A stretch of DNA of 62,328 nucleotides, counting the filler, from Stramenopiles sp. TOSAG23-6 (Eukaryota): the NCBI GenBank assembly GCA_900128565.1. It is 33 parts of 33 records of this genome, joined end to end, with 100 filler letters (N's around TTAATTAATTAA, not from the genome) between each part and the next. Parts side by side here need not be neighbours in the genome. Positions count along the whole stretch, not along the records: positions 1 to 1,810 come from LT638574.1; positions 1,911 to 3,718 come from LT638575.1; positions 3,819 to 5,626 come from LT638576.1; positions 5,727 to 7,531 come from LT638577.1; positions 7,632 to 9,436 come from LT638578.1; positions 9,537 to 11,339 come from LT638579.1; positions 11,440 to 13,241 come from LT638580.1; 26 more parts are not named here. The stretch is one strand, 5' to 3'. The notes beneath the pieces are model-generated. The model was not told the origin of the DNA, did not search any database, and worked only from the letters and a program-made list of their open reading frames with translations. Made by a program: the position numbers and the translations under genes. Positions 1 through 11,541 of this stretch are shown piece by piece (position 1 is the stretch's first letter; the number at the start of each line of letters is the position of its first letter).

Positions 1-297
1 CGAGAGCTGCTTTATCTTCTTCCATTTTCAATTTGTTTTTATAATAATTTTATAAAACTTACTTGGCGGTGAGAATGAGTGGTGGCAAAGTTGTGATTTG
101 ATTGATTGGTTGTCATCTCTCCAAAAAGATTTTTTGAAAAAGATATTTTTGACCCGAGATGGTTCCCGGGTACCGGCCGGTCGATCGAGAATTCAGTGTA
201 ACTCAAAAATAATTTATGTCCGTAAGTATCGAACAAATTCTTACAGTATCAGTCTACACAGATTCATTGGATTTACTCCACGAATTGTTCTATACTC

Positions 298-1302
298 ATG
301 GTTATAGGTAAAAGTACTCCAGTTGTACGATACATATATAACGGGCAGACCTTAAAAAATGGCAGAATATTAGATTTACCTACAGCAAAAGCTGAAATTG
401 ATGGTGTTCAAGTAATCAATGTCTTAGCAAAAGACGGTGTAAACTTCTCTAGGTTCAAGGCGACATTTTATTGCCGTAATGATGACGGTTGGAGAGAGTT
501 ATCTTCAAATTCTAAAATACCTTATTCTTATCATCTCGATACACAAAGGGTGAAACCTATAGAGATCAAACTTTATGATAAAAGTAATTTAGTTGGTCAG
601 ATTATTCGTGATGCTCAAGAAACTGCTGTGGAAAGAGTTCACAAAGAAGAAGGATATTTTGGAATTGGTATATATCGAAATAAGACTGAAGCAAATCATG
701 GAACTCTTTGGCGGTCCGCATTTCAAATGGGAGCGTCATTTACGTTTACAATCGGAGCTAGGTATAACAAATCAGCTTCAAGATCAACAGATACGACCAA
801 GTGTTGGTCAAAAATTCCTTGTTTTCAGTATCAGAATTTTGATGCATTTGCATCAACAGCTCCTTATAGTTGCCCCTGGATTGCCGTCGAATTCAATGAA
901 AATTCGATTCCACTGACACATTTTAAGCACCCAAAGCGTGCTATTTATATTCTTGGTTCTGAAGATAAAGGTTTACCTCGTGCACTAAAACAAGCGTGTG
1001 CACATGTTATTTCAATTCCATCAGTACCCAGTCGTGGTCAATCGTTAAATGTTGCTGTTTCAGGTAGTATTGTTATGTATGATAGATTGGTGAAACAAAT
1101 GCAAATGGATCCAACAGTACCAAAAACACTTGAAAATACAGTACCAAAAACACTTGAAAATATTGGGGCGCAAACATGTTTATCAAATAGTAAAAACAAT
1201 ATAAATCATATTGACTCAGAAATACCATCACCGAGTCAAAAGAATGAGTTATTAACTACTAAAGAAGATAGTGAAAAGAGTAGTAAAAAACGAAAAGTGT
1301 AA
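298..1302 (+). CDS. SpoU/TrmH-family RNA 2'-O-methyltransferase
   Basis: Motifs NHGTLWRSA, YILGSEDKGL, SLNVAVSGSIVMYDR of SPOUT methylases; start uncertain. Confidence 0.88.
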   Translation: MVIGKSTPVVRYIYNGQTLKNGRILDLPTAKAEIDGVQVINVLAKDGVNFSRFKATFYCRNDDGWRELSSNSKIPYSYHLDTQRVKPIEIKLYDKSNLVGQIIRDAQETAVERVHKEEGYFGIGIYRNKTEANHGTLWRSAFQMGASFTFTIGARYNKSASRSTDTTKCWSKIPCFQYQNFDAFASTAPYSCPWIAVEFNENSIPLTHFKHPKRAIYILGSEDKGLPRALKQACAHVISIPSVPSRGQSLNVAVSGSIVMYDRLVKQMQMDPTVPKTLENTVPKTLENIGAQTCLSNSKNNINHIDSEIPSPSQKNELLTTKEDSEKSSKKRKV

Positions 1303-1421
1303 AATATATTCTGGTTTCTCTTATAGTTGAAATATATAAAGCAAATTTCGAAAATACAAAATTTTCTATGAAAAATCTTTTTTATAATCTTCTCTCTTCA
1401 ATTGCTTCTTTGAGTTTCTTA

Positions 1422-1810
1422 TTATAATCTTCTCTCTTCAATTGCTTCTTTGAGTTTCTTATTCACAACATTTATCATAGACTTTGCTCTCAATAAAGTG
1501 TGTATACCACTAATATTTATATTGATATTGTTATTCGTCTCAACTATAGTGTCCCCAGTACTTAAGATATTTTTAGTTGTCTCAGTTTGACTGTCAATAC
1601 CATGGATATTGTTAGTTGTCATTTCGTGTCGCCGATGAATTTCTCTCAATTGTAGAAGAGCTATAGTAAATTGAAGAGCTGAAATGCTGGAATCTTTTCG
1701 TTTGGTTTCTAAACGATTTCGAAATAATATAAGTTTTTTCATAATTAAACTCTCCTCAGGACACATCATCTCCTGTTTGAGAATATATGCCATTGCTTCC
1801 TTCTCAACCT
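1422..1810 (-). CDS. Hypothetical protein, 3' part; last 40 nt tandemly duplicated at 1382-1421
   Basis: Open frame to contig edge; no recognisable motif. Confidence 0.4.
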
Positions 1811-1910
1811 NNNNNNNNNNNNNNNNNNNNNNNNNNNNNNNNNNNNNNNNNNNNTTAATTAATTAANNNNNNNNNNNNNNNNNNNNNNNNNNNNNNNNNN
1901 NNNNNNNNNN
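1811..1910. other. Artificial contig linker (N44-TTAATTAATTAA-N44); 32 such linkers split the window into 33 contigs
   Basis: Identical 100-nt spacer with six-frame stop motif recurs every ~1.9 kb; contig lengths fall from 1810 to 1777 nt. Confidence 0.99.
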
Positions 1911-1987
1911 ATTTATTTTTTTTTTATAGTAAATTTTGTACCTAACAAATTTTCAATTTTTTTTTGAAATATTTTTCCAAAATACAT

Positions 1988-2715
1988 GGGTTATTAGGAC
2001 ATCGATTTTGCCTTTTAACGCCAGAGTATCAAAAAGCGTTTGCTGAATGTTTTGTTCAACAATATGAAACTGTACATGTACGTTGTCAAATTTTTAAATT
2101 TCAAAAAAAAAAAAATTTCAAAAAAAAAAAAATTTCAATATTTTTTCGTAGATAATTTTGTACCTAATGAATTCATTTTTCTGAAAAAAAAAATATTTTT
2201 TACAATACATCGATTGGAAACGAATAAATTACGAAATGTTGCTAAATTTTTCGCACATTTACTTCATAATGATGGTATACCATGGACATCATTATCGTGT
2301 GTGTCCTTGACGATTGAAACAACAACGTGTTCGTTTTCATTATTTATTTCGATTTTTTTTTTCATAGGAAATTTTGTACCTAACAATTTTTTTTTTTTTT
2401 TTTTGAAATTTTTTTTTTTTTTGAAATTTTTTTTGTACCTAACAAAATAAATTTACATTGACATATTGTATCAAAATACAGCTGCTAGTCGTATTTTCAT
2501 TAAAATTCTATTCCAAGAAATTGTAGAATATTTGGGTTTGAATGAATTAAAAAGTCGTTTGTTCGACCCAACAATGGAAAAATATTTTGCAGGTTTGTTC
2601 CCGAAGGATAATCCAAAAAGTACNCGATTTTCTATTAATTTTTTCACTTCCATTGGTCTTGGCGCTCTAACTGATGAATTACGACGATATTTAAAAAATG
2701 CTCCGAAACGACTTT
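1988..2715 (+). CDS. CWC22: Pre-mRNA splicing factor CWC22, MA3 domain (partial; exons 1988-2077, 2211-2328, 2482-2715)
   Basis: Spliced product GLLGHRFC...[24 protein letters not shown]...[17 protein letters not shown]...[20 protein letters not shown] matches CWC22 signature. Confidence 0.95.
2078..2210 (+). mobile_element. Introner-like intron, GT...AT
   Basis: gtacat|GTACGTT...TACAATACAT|cga; removal restores TVH|RLET of CWC22. Confidence 0.9.
2329..2481 (+). mobile_element. Introner-like intron, GT...AG, two branch motifs
   Basis: acgt|GTTCGTTTT...AAAATACAG|ct gives TTTSASRIF (conserved TTSSSRIF). Confidence 0.85.
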
Positions 2716-3917
2716 GTATGTTTTTTTATACAATTATTACCTATTATCAGTTATCATCATGTTTTTTTTACAAAATGTAAATACTAACAAAAAAAAAAAA
2801 AAAAAAAAAAAAAATTTTTTTTTTTTTTTTTTTTTTTTTTGTTAGTATTTACATTTTGTAAAAAAAACATGATGATAACTGATAATAGGTAATAATTGTA
2901 TAAAAAAACATACAAAGTCGTTTCGGAGCATTTTTTAAATATCGTCGTAATTCATCAGTTAGAGCGCCAAGACCAATGGAAGTGAAAAAATTAATAGAAA
3001 ATCGNGTACTTTTTGGATTATCCTTCGGGAACAAACCTGCAAAATATTTTTCCATTGTTGGGTCGAACAAACGACTTTTTAATTCATTCAAACCCAAATA
3101 TTCTACAATTTCTTGGAATAGAATTTTAATGAAAATACGACTAGCAGCTGTATTTTGATACAATATGTCAATGTAAATTTATTTTGTTAGGTACAAAAAA
3201 AATTTCAAAAAAAAAAAAAATTTCAAAAAAAAAAAAAAAAAATTGTTAGGTACAAAATTTCCTATGAAAAAAAAAATCGAAATAAATAATGAAAACGAAC
3301 ACGTTGTTGTTTCAATCGTCAAGGACACACACGATAATGATGTCCATGGTATACCATCATTATGAAGTAAATGTGCGAAAAATTTAGCAACATTTCGTAA
3401 TTTATTCGTTTCCAATCGATGTATTGTAAAAAATATTTTTTTTTTCAGAAAAATGAATTCATTAGGTACAAAATTATCTACGAAAAAATATTGAAATTTT
3501 TTTTTTTTTGAAATTTTTTTTTTTTTGAAATTTAAAAATTTGACAACGTACATGTACAGTTTCATATTGTTGAACAAAACATTCAGCAAACGCTTTTTGA
3601 TACTCTGGCGTTAAAAGGCAAAATCGATGTCCTAATAACCCATGTATTTTGGAAAAATATTTCAAAAAAAAATTGAAAATTTGTTAGGTACAAAATTTAC
3701 TATAAAAAAAAAATAAATNNNNNNNNNNNNNNNNNNNNNNNNNNNNNNNNNNNNNNNNNNNNTTAATTAATTAANNNNNNNNNNNNNNNNNNNNNNNNNN
3801 NNNNNNNNNNNNNNNNNNAAAAAAAAAAAAAAAAAAAAAAAAAATTCATACCAAACACAAATGTAACAAAAATGTCCTAATTTTTTTTTTTTTTTTTAAT
3901 ATTTTCCAAAAAAACAT

Positions 3918-5243
3918 GTCGATACTCAATCAAAGCAATTATTAGATGTGAGTAAACAACAAAGAAAAACACTCCAAGAATATCAAAATGTTGTTAGAGA
4001 AAAGAAGAAATTAAATGAAAAACTTCAAAATGAAGAATCGATGAGTAAAGACTATAAGAAACAAATTTCATCCTCAAGAAAATTACTTGAAAACGAACAA
4101 CGTCAACGAAAAGCTGAAGTTGGAAAATTAATGCGTGCGATTGAAGAAGTATCTTTTTATTTATTTTTTTTAGAAAAAATTGAAATTTTTTTTTCGTACG
4201 AAATTTTGTACCTAACAAATTTTTTAAGATTTTTTTGAAATATTTTTCCAAAATACAGGTACGTGGGTCATTTAAAATATCTCAACGCCAAGCAGCAGAG
4301 CAGGTCGCGTCTTTTAGCAGACGCATTCAAAGGGGTAATGTTGATGCAAATAACTTGACTGAAAAAAATGATGCATTGCGTCAAGAAGTTCGTCGACAAC
4401 AGGCAGCTGCAGATGCTGCAATGTATGTTTTATTTTTTTTTTTTTTTTTTTGGTACAATTTTTTTTTTTGGTTCAGATTGAAAAATGTAATGTAAAATAT
4501 CTTGGTTTAGAGTCTCGCAGCCGTGCAGATGTAAAACGTTTAAATGAAAAAATTGAGTCTTTACAATCCAAATCTGCCATTTTTGATAAAAGAATGAGTG
4601 ATGCAAAAGCAATGACTACAACAGCTGAAAGTCAACTTCAAGATGCCTTATTTAAAATTAAAAATCTAACAGCTCGCTTGACAGATGTACAAAATGAGGC
4701 AAAGGCATCTGATAAAGCAATGTTTGCTGCAAAGAAAAAACAAGAAGAAGCAGAGAAAAAGGCCCGAGAAACGAAAAACCTTTCTGTATGTTAAATTTTT
4801 TTTAAACGTTTTTTTTTTTTTAGTTTTTTTTATTATTTGTTTTACATTTTTAAAAAACAAAAAAACAAAACTAAATTCTTTACAATGTTGTTTTAAAACT
4901 TTTTTTACAATAATAATATAATAATACCTAACAAAAACATGTACAACAATAATATTTCTTCACCAAACATCAGAAAATCAAAACTTTGACTGCTGCATTG
5001 ACAAATGAACAAGAAAAAGTGAGAGATAAAGAAATCCAATTAGTTACTCTAAGAGAGGAAGAATCAGATACTAAAAAAACATTACAACAAGAATTACGCC
5101 AAAAAGAAACATTACTTGCAACAACAACTGCAAAAGTCGCAGGATTAGAAGATCGAATAAGAGCTGTACAGGATGATGCCAAGCAGACGTGTAGTGGTAT
5201 GTATGTTTTATTTATTTTTATTTACCGGAAAAAAAAAATCGAA

Positions 5244-5275
<32 letters not shown>

Positions 5276-5514
5276 ACCTAAAAAATTTTTTTTTTTTTTT
5301 TTTGAAAATTTTGTACCTAACAAATTTTCTTTGATTTTTTTTGAAATATTTTTCCAAAATACATGGTATTAAAATTGAAAGCTGCTGAAGAACGTTTTCA
5401 ATTAGACGTTGAACGGTTGCGCGGTGATGCAGAAGCTCAACGTCAAAGATTAAGAGATAATAGAGAAGATGGTGATCGTGCAGTTGAACGTTTAGAGGCA
5501 CAGTTGGGTCACAT
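3918..5514 (+). CDS. Coiled-coil protein (partial, multi-exon; introns 4149-4258 GT-AG, 4423-4478 GT-AT, 4786-4970/4973, 5201-5364 GT-AT)
   Basis: Heptad-rich frames join in phase after removing the repeated introns. Confidence 0.75.
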
Positions 5515-5877
5515 GTATGTTTTATTTTTTTTTTACAATTTTTTTTTTTTTTTTGAAAATTCAATTTTTTTTTTTTTTTTTTTTTTGTTTTTTTTTTCGT
5601 AAAAAAATTTTGTACCTAACAAATTTNNNNNNNNNNNNNNNNNNNNNNNNNNNNNNNNNNNNNNNNNNNNTTAATTAATTAANNNNNNNNNNNNNNNNNN
5701 NNNNNNNNNNNNNNNNNNNNNNNNNNACAACATTATCTGCATCTTTCAATGTCCATTACATCTGTCCTACACATTAGTCAAACTTCCTTATAAGATCTTC
5801 AATCATTTCAACGGGAAGTAGCGTATACTGTTGATTACTCTTCAGAAAGCGTTCAAGAATAGTAGCGTCTTTAGAAA

Positions 5878-6777
5878 ATGGGAAACAAATTTGATAAAAT
5901 GGGAGTGCACGTAGACGACGTGGTCAAACAAGAAGAACTAAGACAACGCGCTCATAGACTAGCATCTGGTACAAGAAATAGAATGAATGAATCAAGTAGA
6001 GGTGATGATTCGATTTTAATTCATTGCTTCTCCGATGCTGACCGTGCTTGTCGTAAGTTAGAACAATCCCGAAGTAGACTGATGAAAGATATCGAAGTAC
6101 TACAGAAAAGAGTTGACTACTTTCAGCAGCGACTTATTGAGAAAGCAAAAACTAGAGACATGTATAATGAATTGTATAATGAAAACGTGAGTAACGCACA
6201 CTCGGATTCAAAAAAACATTTAGAAAACTTAACTAAAAAAGTAGAGTCAGATCAAAAAAAGTTGTTGTTCTCAACAAAAGATGTTGGTATCCAGGAAGCT
6301 CGTTTAGAAAAAATGACGCGACATTATGACAGACATCAACAAGAATTAGAAATATTAGAAAATGCGGTTATGAAAAGCCGTAAGAAATTAGGATTACAAG
6401 GTGAAAAAAGTGAAGAACTTTTGTATGGTAATTTAGTACAAGTTCCACAGTTTAATGGAGGAGGAGGCAATCTTATGCCCTATAATTCTATTCGTGAAGT
6501 GAATACTATAGATGCATCTGATGATGACTTTCAGACAAGACCTGATACAAAAAAAACAAATATAGAAAACTCTAAGATGGATCAAACACTTAGAAATGAA
6601 ATTGATAAAATGAAAAGTTTGAAGCAAAAACTAATTGCTGAGAAGGGAGAATTAAATCGAGTTATCCGTGATTTAGAACTAACACGTACACGAGAGAAGG
6701 AACTTTTTAATAGTATTGATGCAAAGAAAAGAGCCATTGTTTATTACAAGGAAACAATGCGAAATATTAAGCCCTAA
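5878..6777 (+). CDS. Coiled-coil hypothetical protein, 299 aa
   Basis: Intact ATG-TAA ORF, charged heptad pattern. Confidence 0.75.
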   Translation: MGNKFDKMGVHVDDVVKQEELRQRAHRLASGTRNRMNESSRGDDSILIHCFSDADRACRKLEQSRSRLMKDIEVLQKRVDYFQQRLIEKAKTRDMYNELYNENVSNAHSDSKKHLENLTKKVESDQKKLLFSTKDVGIQEARLEKMTRHYDRHQQELEILENAVMKSRKKLGLQGEKSEELLYGNLVQVPQFNGGGGNLMPYNSIREVNTIDASDDDFQTRPDTKKTNIENSKMDQTLRNEIDKMKSLKQKLIAEKGELNRVIRDLELTRTREKELFNSIDAKKRAIVYYKETMRNIKP

Positions 6778-7019
6778 CACACTTTTAGAAGTATTTGTAT
6801 GTGAAATATTGTTTCTTTGGTTTTTATAATTTGTAAAAATAAAATTTCAATTCACTCTAGATATAGAGTGATGATATTTATATACAAAGTTGATTAAGGT
6901 TAAGGGTTTTCTGTTACTGCATAAAGTAATATTTGCATTTGGTAACAATTTAGGTACCACTTCAGGCAATCCAGCCAAATATGTCAGATTTGTTCATTTT
7001 GAATTGGACCAGATAATAA

Positions 7020-7531
7020 TAAGTTAGAAGTGCTCTGCATTAATATTTGGTAGTTGACCAATTTCCTTTGGAATTTCACTAGACAGTTTGTTATTTTGCA
7101 AGAACAAATGGCTAAGATTTCTTAGTCGACCAATTTCTTTTGTATTGGACCAGATATGTTGTTTCGGGCCAACCACAATTCATTGAGATTTGTTAGTTGA
7201 CCAATTTTGGTTGGAATTGAACCAGATAGATTGATTCCATCCAAGAGCAATTTAGTAACACTTCCTTCCGTGCCTTCCGTACACCTAACTCCATACCATG
7301 TACAAATATTTGTATCTGTTCTCCAATTTGTGAGATTTCTCCAATGAATTCCATTTGTATTATCATACAATGCAATTAAAGTTTCTCTTTCCAATAACAT
7401 ACCTTCTAAACGGCTTAGCCAATCATCGCGACTTTCGTTTTCTTTCCTTGTAAGGGCGATTCTTGTATTTGTGAATTCTTTAGGAATTTCAAAAAACATT
7501 CGGTGAATTCTTTGTAGACGAAGTAGCCACT
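7020..7531 (-). pseudogene. Leucine-rich repeat protein (plant-type LRR), frameshifted/degenerate 3' part
   Basis: LRR N-cap NW...CTWYGVRC and LSGSIPTKIGQLTNL; next repeat (EIGRLRNLSHLFLQNNKLSSEIPKEIGQL) continues in another frame near 7140, then stops. Confidence 0.65.
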
Positions 7532-7631
7532 NNNNNNNNNNNNNNNNNNNNNNNNNNNNNNNNNNNNNNNNNNNNTTAATTAATTAANNNNNNNNNNNNN
7601 NNNNNNNNNNNNNNNNNNNNNNNNNNNNNNN

Positions 7632-9436
7632 AGCACTTCCATTAGTATAAGATTTTCCTCCTTGAATTTGAATACTTCCAGCATTTTCTTTGCTCGTTCC
7701 TGTCTTCAGTATCAAGTCCCCGGAAGGACCATTTGATGAGTCTCCTGTGAGTAATTTTGTCTTACCACTACGAGAAGCATCAGAACTTAAAATATCAATT
7801 GACCCGCTTAATTGATTACCTGTGCCACTAGACAGTGATACAAATCCACCTCTTATCGTTCCATTTCCTGCTTGTATGAAGACATCACTTCCAACTGAAG
7901 TTTTGCTAATTCCTACATTCATCTTTACATGACCACCATATTTGGAATATAAATTAATACTTCCACTTTTACCATTGGATGCAGTACCAGAAGTAAGAGT
8001 AGTAGCTCCACTTGAAGAGTCAGCTGCTGAAGATATGAGAATATCTCCAGATTTAGAGTGTTTGCTTATACCACTTGTGATACTGATAGATCCGCCAGTA
8101 TATGCTGATGAATTGCCAGAAGCAATATTCACTTCCCCACCACCAGATACAATACTTGCCTTACCAGCGCTTGCGATATCTGAGGATCCTGATAAAATTA
8201 CAATAGACCCGCTACTATCCCTACTGCTATCTCCTGTTTGCAATGATAATGAGCCGCTCATCCCTCCATCGGCAGTGGAAAATTGTGTAGTGCCAGTGGC
8301 CTGTGTACCACTTCCAGAGACGACACGAATATTACCTTGAAGTTCAATTCCTCCACCCCGTGTTTTTGAATCTGATGATTCAAGAAGGATAGAATTACCC
8401 GTCATTTTTATTTTACCAGATGATCCCTCCGATGCTCCACCTGAGAGTATTTGGACACTTCCACTCGTTTCAGAACTATTACCAGATGTGATCGAAACTA
8501 TGCCTTTACTGTTTAATCCAATATTACCACCAATAGAACCACTTGTAGAACCTGCTCTTATGTTGACTACACCTGCATCTTTATCAGANGTACCAGTTTG
8601 TATATTAATTGATCCTGCTGAGCCGATAGCTGGCGATGTTTTGAAGATCAAGTCTCCCGATTTTTCACTTGTTGAACTACCTGTAAACAAATTTACATTA
8701 CCACTAATCTCACTATTATTGCTTAAAATATCAATAGATTCACTATTTACGATCCCAGAGCCACTTGATATTTGTAAAGAACTACCAAGTGCTCTACTTT
8801 GGCCTCCATTGAGAATAAAATTACTTCCGCTTAACGTATCAGTAGAACCAGCTATCACATTAATATTACCACCCTTTGAAGATTTCAATTCTATGTCACC
8901 ACTTTGACCATTACTAACATCACCTGATACAATGGAAACTTTGTCGCTTGAAGGTGCCTCTGATGAAGTCACACTTACAAAGCCAGATTGACCAGATTTA
9001 CTCTCACCACTTGAAACAATCACATCTCCACCAGATAATGTTGATGAAGCCCCAGCGGTTATAGTAACATCGCCCCCTGCATACTGTGAGCTACCAACTT
9101 CGATATTGATATTACCAGAACTTGAATTTTCTGACGACCCAGAAAAAAGATTAATGGATCCACTTTTATGTACACCTTTACCTGTTTTCAATAAAAAATC
9201 GCCACTATCTCCCCCATTAGCTGTGTTTAGTTGAGTTGTACCACTTGAGACTTCTCCAATTCCAGATGTTAGTTCAACACTGCCGTAAAGTTCAATAGAC
9301 CCAGCATTAGATTTTGCATCCGACACTGTAACAAGTACGGAATCACCTTGCATTTCAATATTACCAGAAGCGCCATTAGTCGCAACACCTGAAGACAAAA
9401 TTATGCTACCACTTGAATCAGTGCTATTTGCAGATA
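7632..9436 (-). CDS. Gly/Ser-rich repetitive protein (internal fragment, intronless)
   Basis: Open frame across the whole contig; ~14-15 aa repeat (S/G)GxhxhxSGxS. Confidence 0.85.
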
Positions 9437-9632
9437 NNNNNNNNNNNNNNNNNNNNNNNNNNNNNNNNNNNNNNNNNNNNTTAATTAATTAANNNNNNNN
9501 NNNNNNNNNNNNNNNNNNNNNNNNNNNNNNNNNNNNTTTTATTTTTTTTTCAATTTTGAATTTATTTTTTTATAAAAATTTTGTACCTAACAAATTTTAG
9601 GTTTTTTTTTTGAAATATTTTCCAAAGTACAA

Positions 9633-9948
9633 GCAGTAATGCAACAATTACAGTCGACAATGGACCCACGTATGCTACAGCAGTTAGGTGGTGCGGGTAA
9701 TATGATGGAAATGATGAAGTCGATGGATATGTACGTTTTCAAAAAAAAAAATTTACCTACATTTTTTTTTTACCTACATTTTTTTTTGTACCAAATTCTG
9801 TACTTAACGATTTTTACCAAAAAACAATATTTTTTCACAAAACATGAGTGCATTAGGTGATATGATGAAAGGCGGTGGTAACCCACTCGAAGCTATGATG
9901 AAAGGTGCGGGTAGTCGTGGTGGTGGTCGTCGGAAAGGCAGACGCTGA
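9633..9948 (+). CDS. SRP54: Signal recognition particle 54 kDa protein, C-terminal end (intron 9731-9845 GT-AT)
   Basis: MQQLQSTMDPRMLQQLGGAGNMMEMMK Met/Gly-rich tail typical of eukaryotic SRP54. Confidence 0.75.
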
Positions 9949-10099
9949 TTAATCATAAATAATAATAATAATAAAATAAACTTGGTTTTTGTTAGTGTTC
10001 AAATTTATTGTTACAATTTATTGCGCGTTGATTTGTAGTGTATTACCTCTATAGTATTACGCGATTGCAATTCGCAAGTCTAGCATTGAATCACTTATG

Positions 10100-10336
10100 C
10101 TATTTTTTCTTTACTTTTTGCTTTACTATTACTGTGGACGGCAGGTGAATCCCGATGAAATTTGCAAGCGAGCCTGTAAAATAGCACAGTGTCCCCACTA
10201 GTCCCAGATGGTACGATTGACAGAACGAAGTTGCTGCAGGCAAACTCATCTTAGAGGCGATCGCCACAATGAGATACAGTGTTGAACCAGCCATATACGC
10301 GTAGGTGCCCACACGAATTAGGATTTCGGTATTCAT
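10100..10336 (-). CDS. Small two-helix membrane protein (YrhK-like pattern)
   Basis: Two hydrophobic segments each containing Yxx/FxGS; ATG to TAG. Confidence 0.5.
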   Translation of the reverse strand: MNTEILIRVGTYAYMAGSTLYLIVAIASKMSLPAATSFCQSYHLGLVGTLCYFTGSLANFIGIHLPSTVIVKQKVKKK

Positions 10337-10572
10337 GCTTCAGTCACTGGTGTATATTGAGTGAACATATAATTTTTTGATAATTTATTGATACAAATAC
10401 TATTCAAAGGCTCGCTCATGCAAGCATTATTCGGAATATATATTCGCGATGCGATCGAAATCAAAATGACCGTTACAAAAAAAATAACAAAAAAATACCT
10501 CTTTTTTCTTTTTTTTCTTTAGCTTACACACAAATAGGTGGGTATTCTGAATTCACTACAACAATACTCAAA

Positions 10573-11274
10573 ATGGCAGAAGAAGAAAGTTCCACATTTA
10601 CATCAGTTCTTATCCTAAAGCCAGAAAATGTTGGTCGATCTATTCAAGCAACATCTGATGAAACAGAAGAAGCAGTACAAATGACTGCTCAATCTGAAAC
10701 TCTACGTCTTCTCACAGAGGCAGGATTCTCTGTCAAAAGAGAAGTAGTTCGCAAGTTCTCTCTTGACGTGGCTAGACGCCTTTGCGGTGCAGATAACGCC
10801 CACCCACAATTTAATGAAATCGTTGCATCACTTGCTGCGGGTCCATGTGTGTGTGTCGAAGTCTCAGCAGAAGCAGCTACGTGCGACGATGTGGTGAAGA
10901 AACTTTCCGATCTTGTGGGTGATGTAGATCCAGCTAAAGCTGAGGATGGCACTTTACGCAAAGCACTTGGCATTGATCGTATATTTAATGGATTTTTAGC
11001 ATCACAAGATTTATTTTCTCGTACACGTAACTTAATTGCCTGCTTTGGGAACGAAACCCCGCGTCAGCACACCCTTGCCATGCTCAAACCAGATACTCAA
11101 GCTTTCGTCCAAGATTCTGAAAAAAGAAAATGTGATGAAATTATTGAGAAAATAAAAGCAAATGGGTTTGTCGTCGTTGGCATGAAAGAAACTAAGATGA
11201 CAAAATTGCAAGTGAACCAATTTTACGCAGAGCATGCAGAAAAACCATGGTTCAAAAGTGAACTTCTCCCCTAT
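10573..11274 (+). CDS. Multi-domain nucleoside diphosphate kinase family protein (NME5/7/8-like), 5' part
   Basis: Two NDK starts (ILKPE...GDVDPAKA..GTLR..G.D...N; TLAMLKPD...FYAEHAEKPWF); ends at donor tat|GTATGT. Confidence 0.85.
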
Positions 11275-11541
11275 GTATGTTTCATTTTTTTTTTTAACAA
11301 AAAAATCGAATTTATTTTTCGTACGAAATTTTGTACCTANNNNNNNNNNNNNNNNNNNNNNNNNNNNNNNNNNNNNNNNNNNNTTAATTAATTAANNNNN
11401 NNNNNNNNNNNNNNNNNNNNNNNNNNNNNNNNNNNNNNNTTTTATTTTTTTTTTTACAAAAAAATCGAATTTTTTTTTTATAGTAAATTTTGTACCTAAG
11501 GATTTTTAGTTTTTTTTTTTGAAATATTTTCCAAAATACAG

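Larger units (their letters stand above)
1911..3718. repeat. Perfect whole-contig palindrome centred at 2814/2815 (mirror CWC22 copy on minus strand); assembly/amplification artefact
   Basis: Exact reverse complement including the ambiguous N (2624 mirrors 3005); fold point lies in a poly-A/poly-T run. Confidence 0.9.

Noticed and set aside
1811-1910. Regularly spaced TTAATTAATTAA repeat
   Set aside because: Artificial linker flanked by Ns; neighbouring contigs carry no synteny information
2040-2450. Many Phe/Lys-rich ORFs sharing YEILYLTN, VRNFVPN or KYFSKIH peptides
   Set aside because: Translations of the intron element in different frames, not a protein domain
1911-3718. 1.8-kb palindrome or inverted CWC22 duplication
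   Set aside because: Zero mismatches, mirrored N and a homopolymer fold point indicate an assembly or MDA artefact
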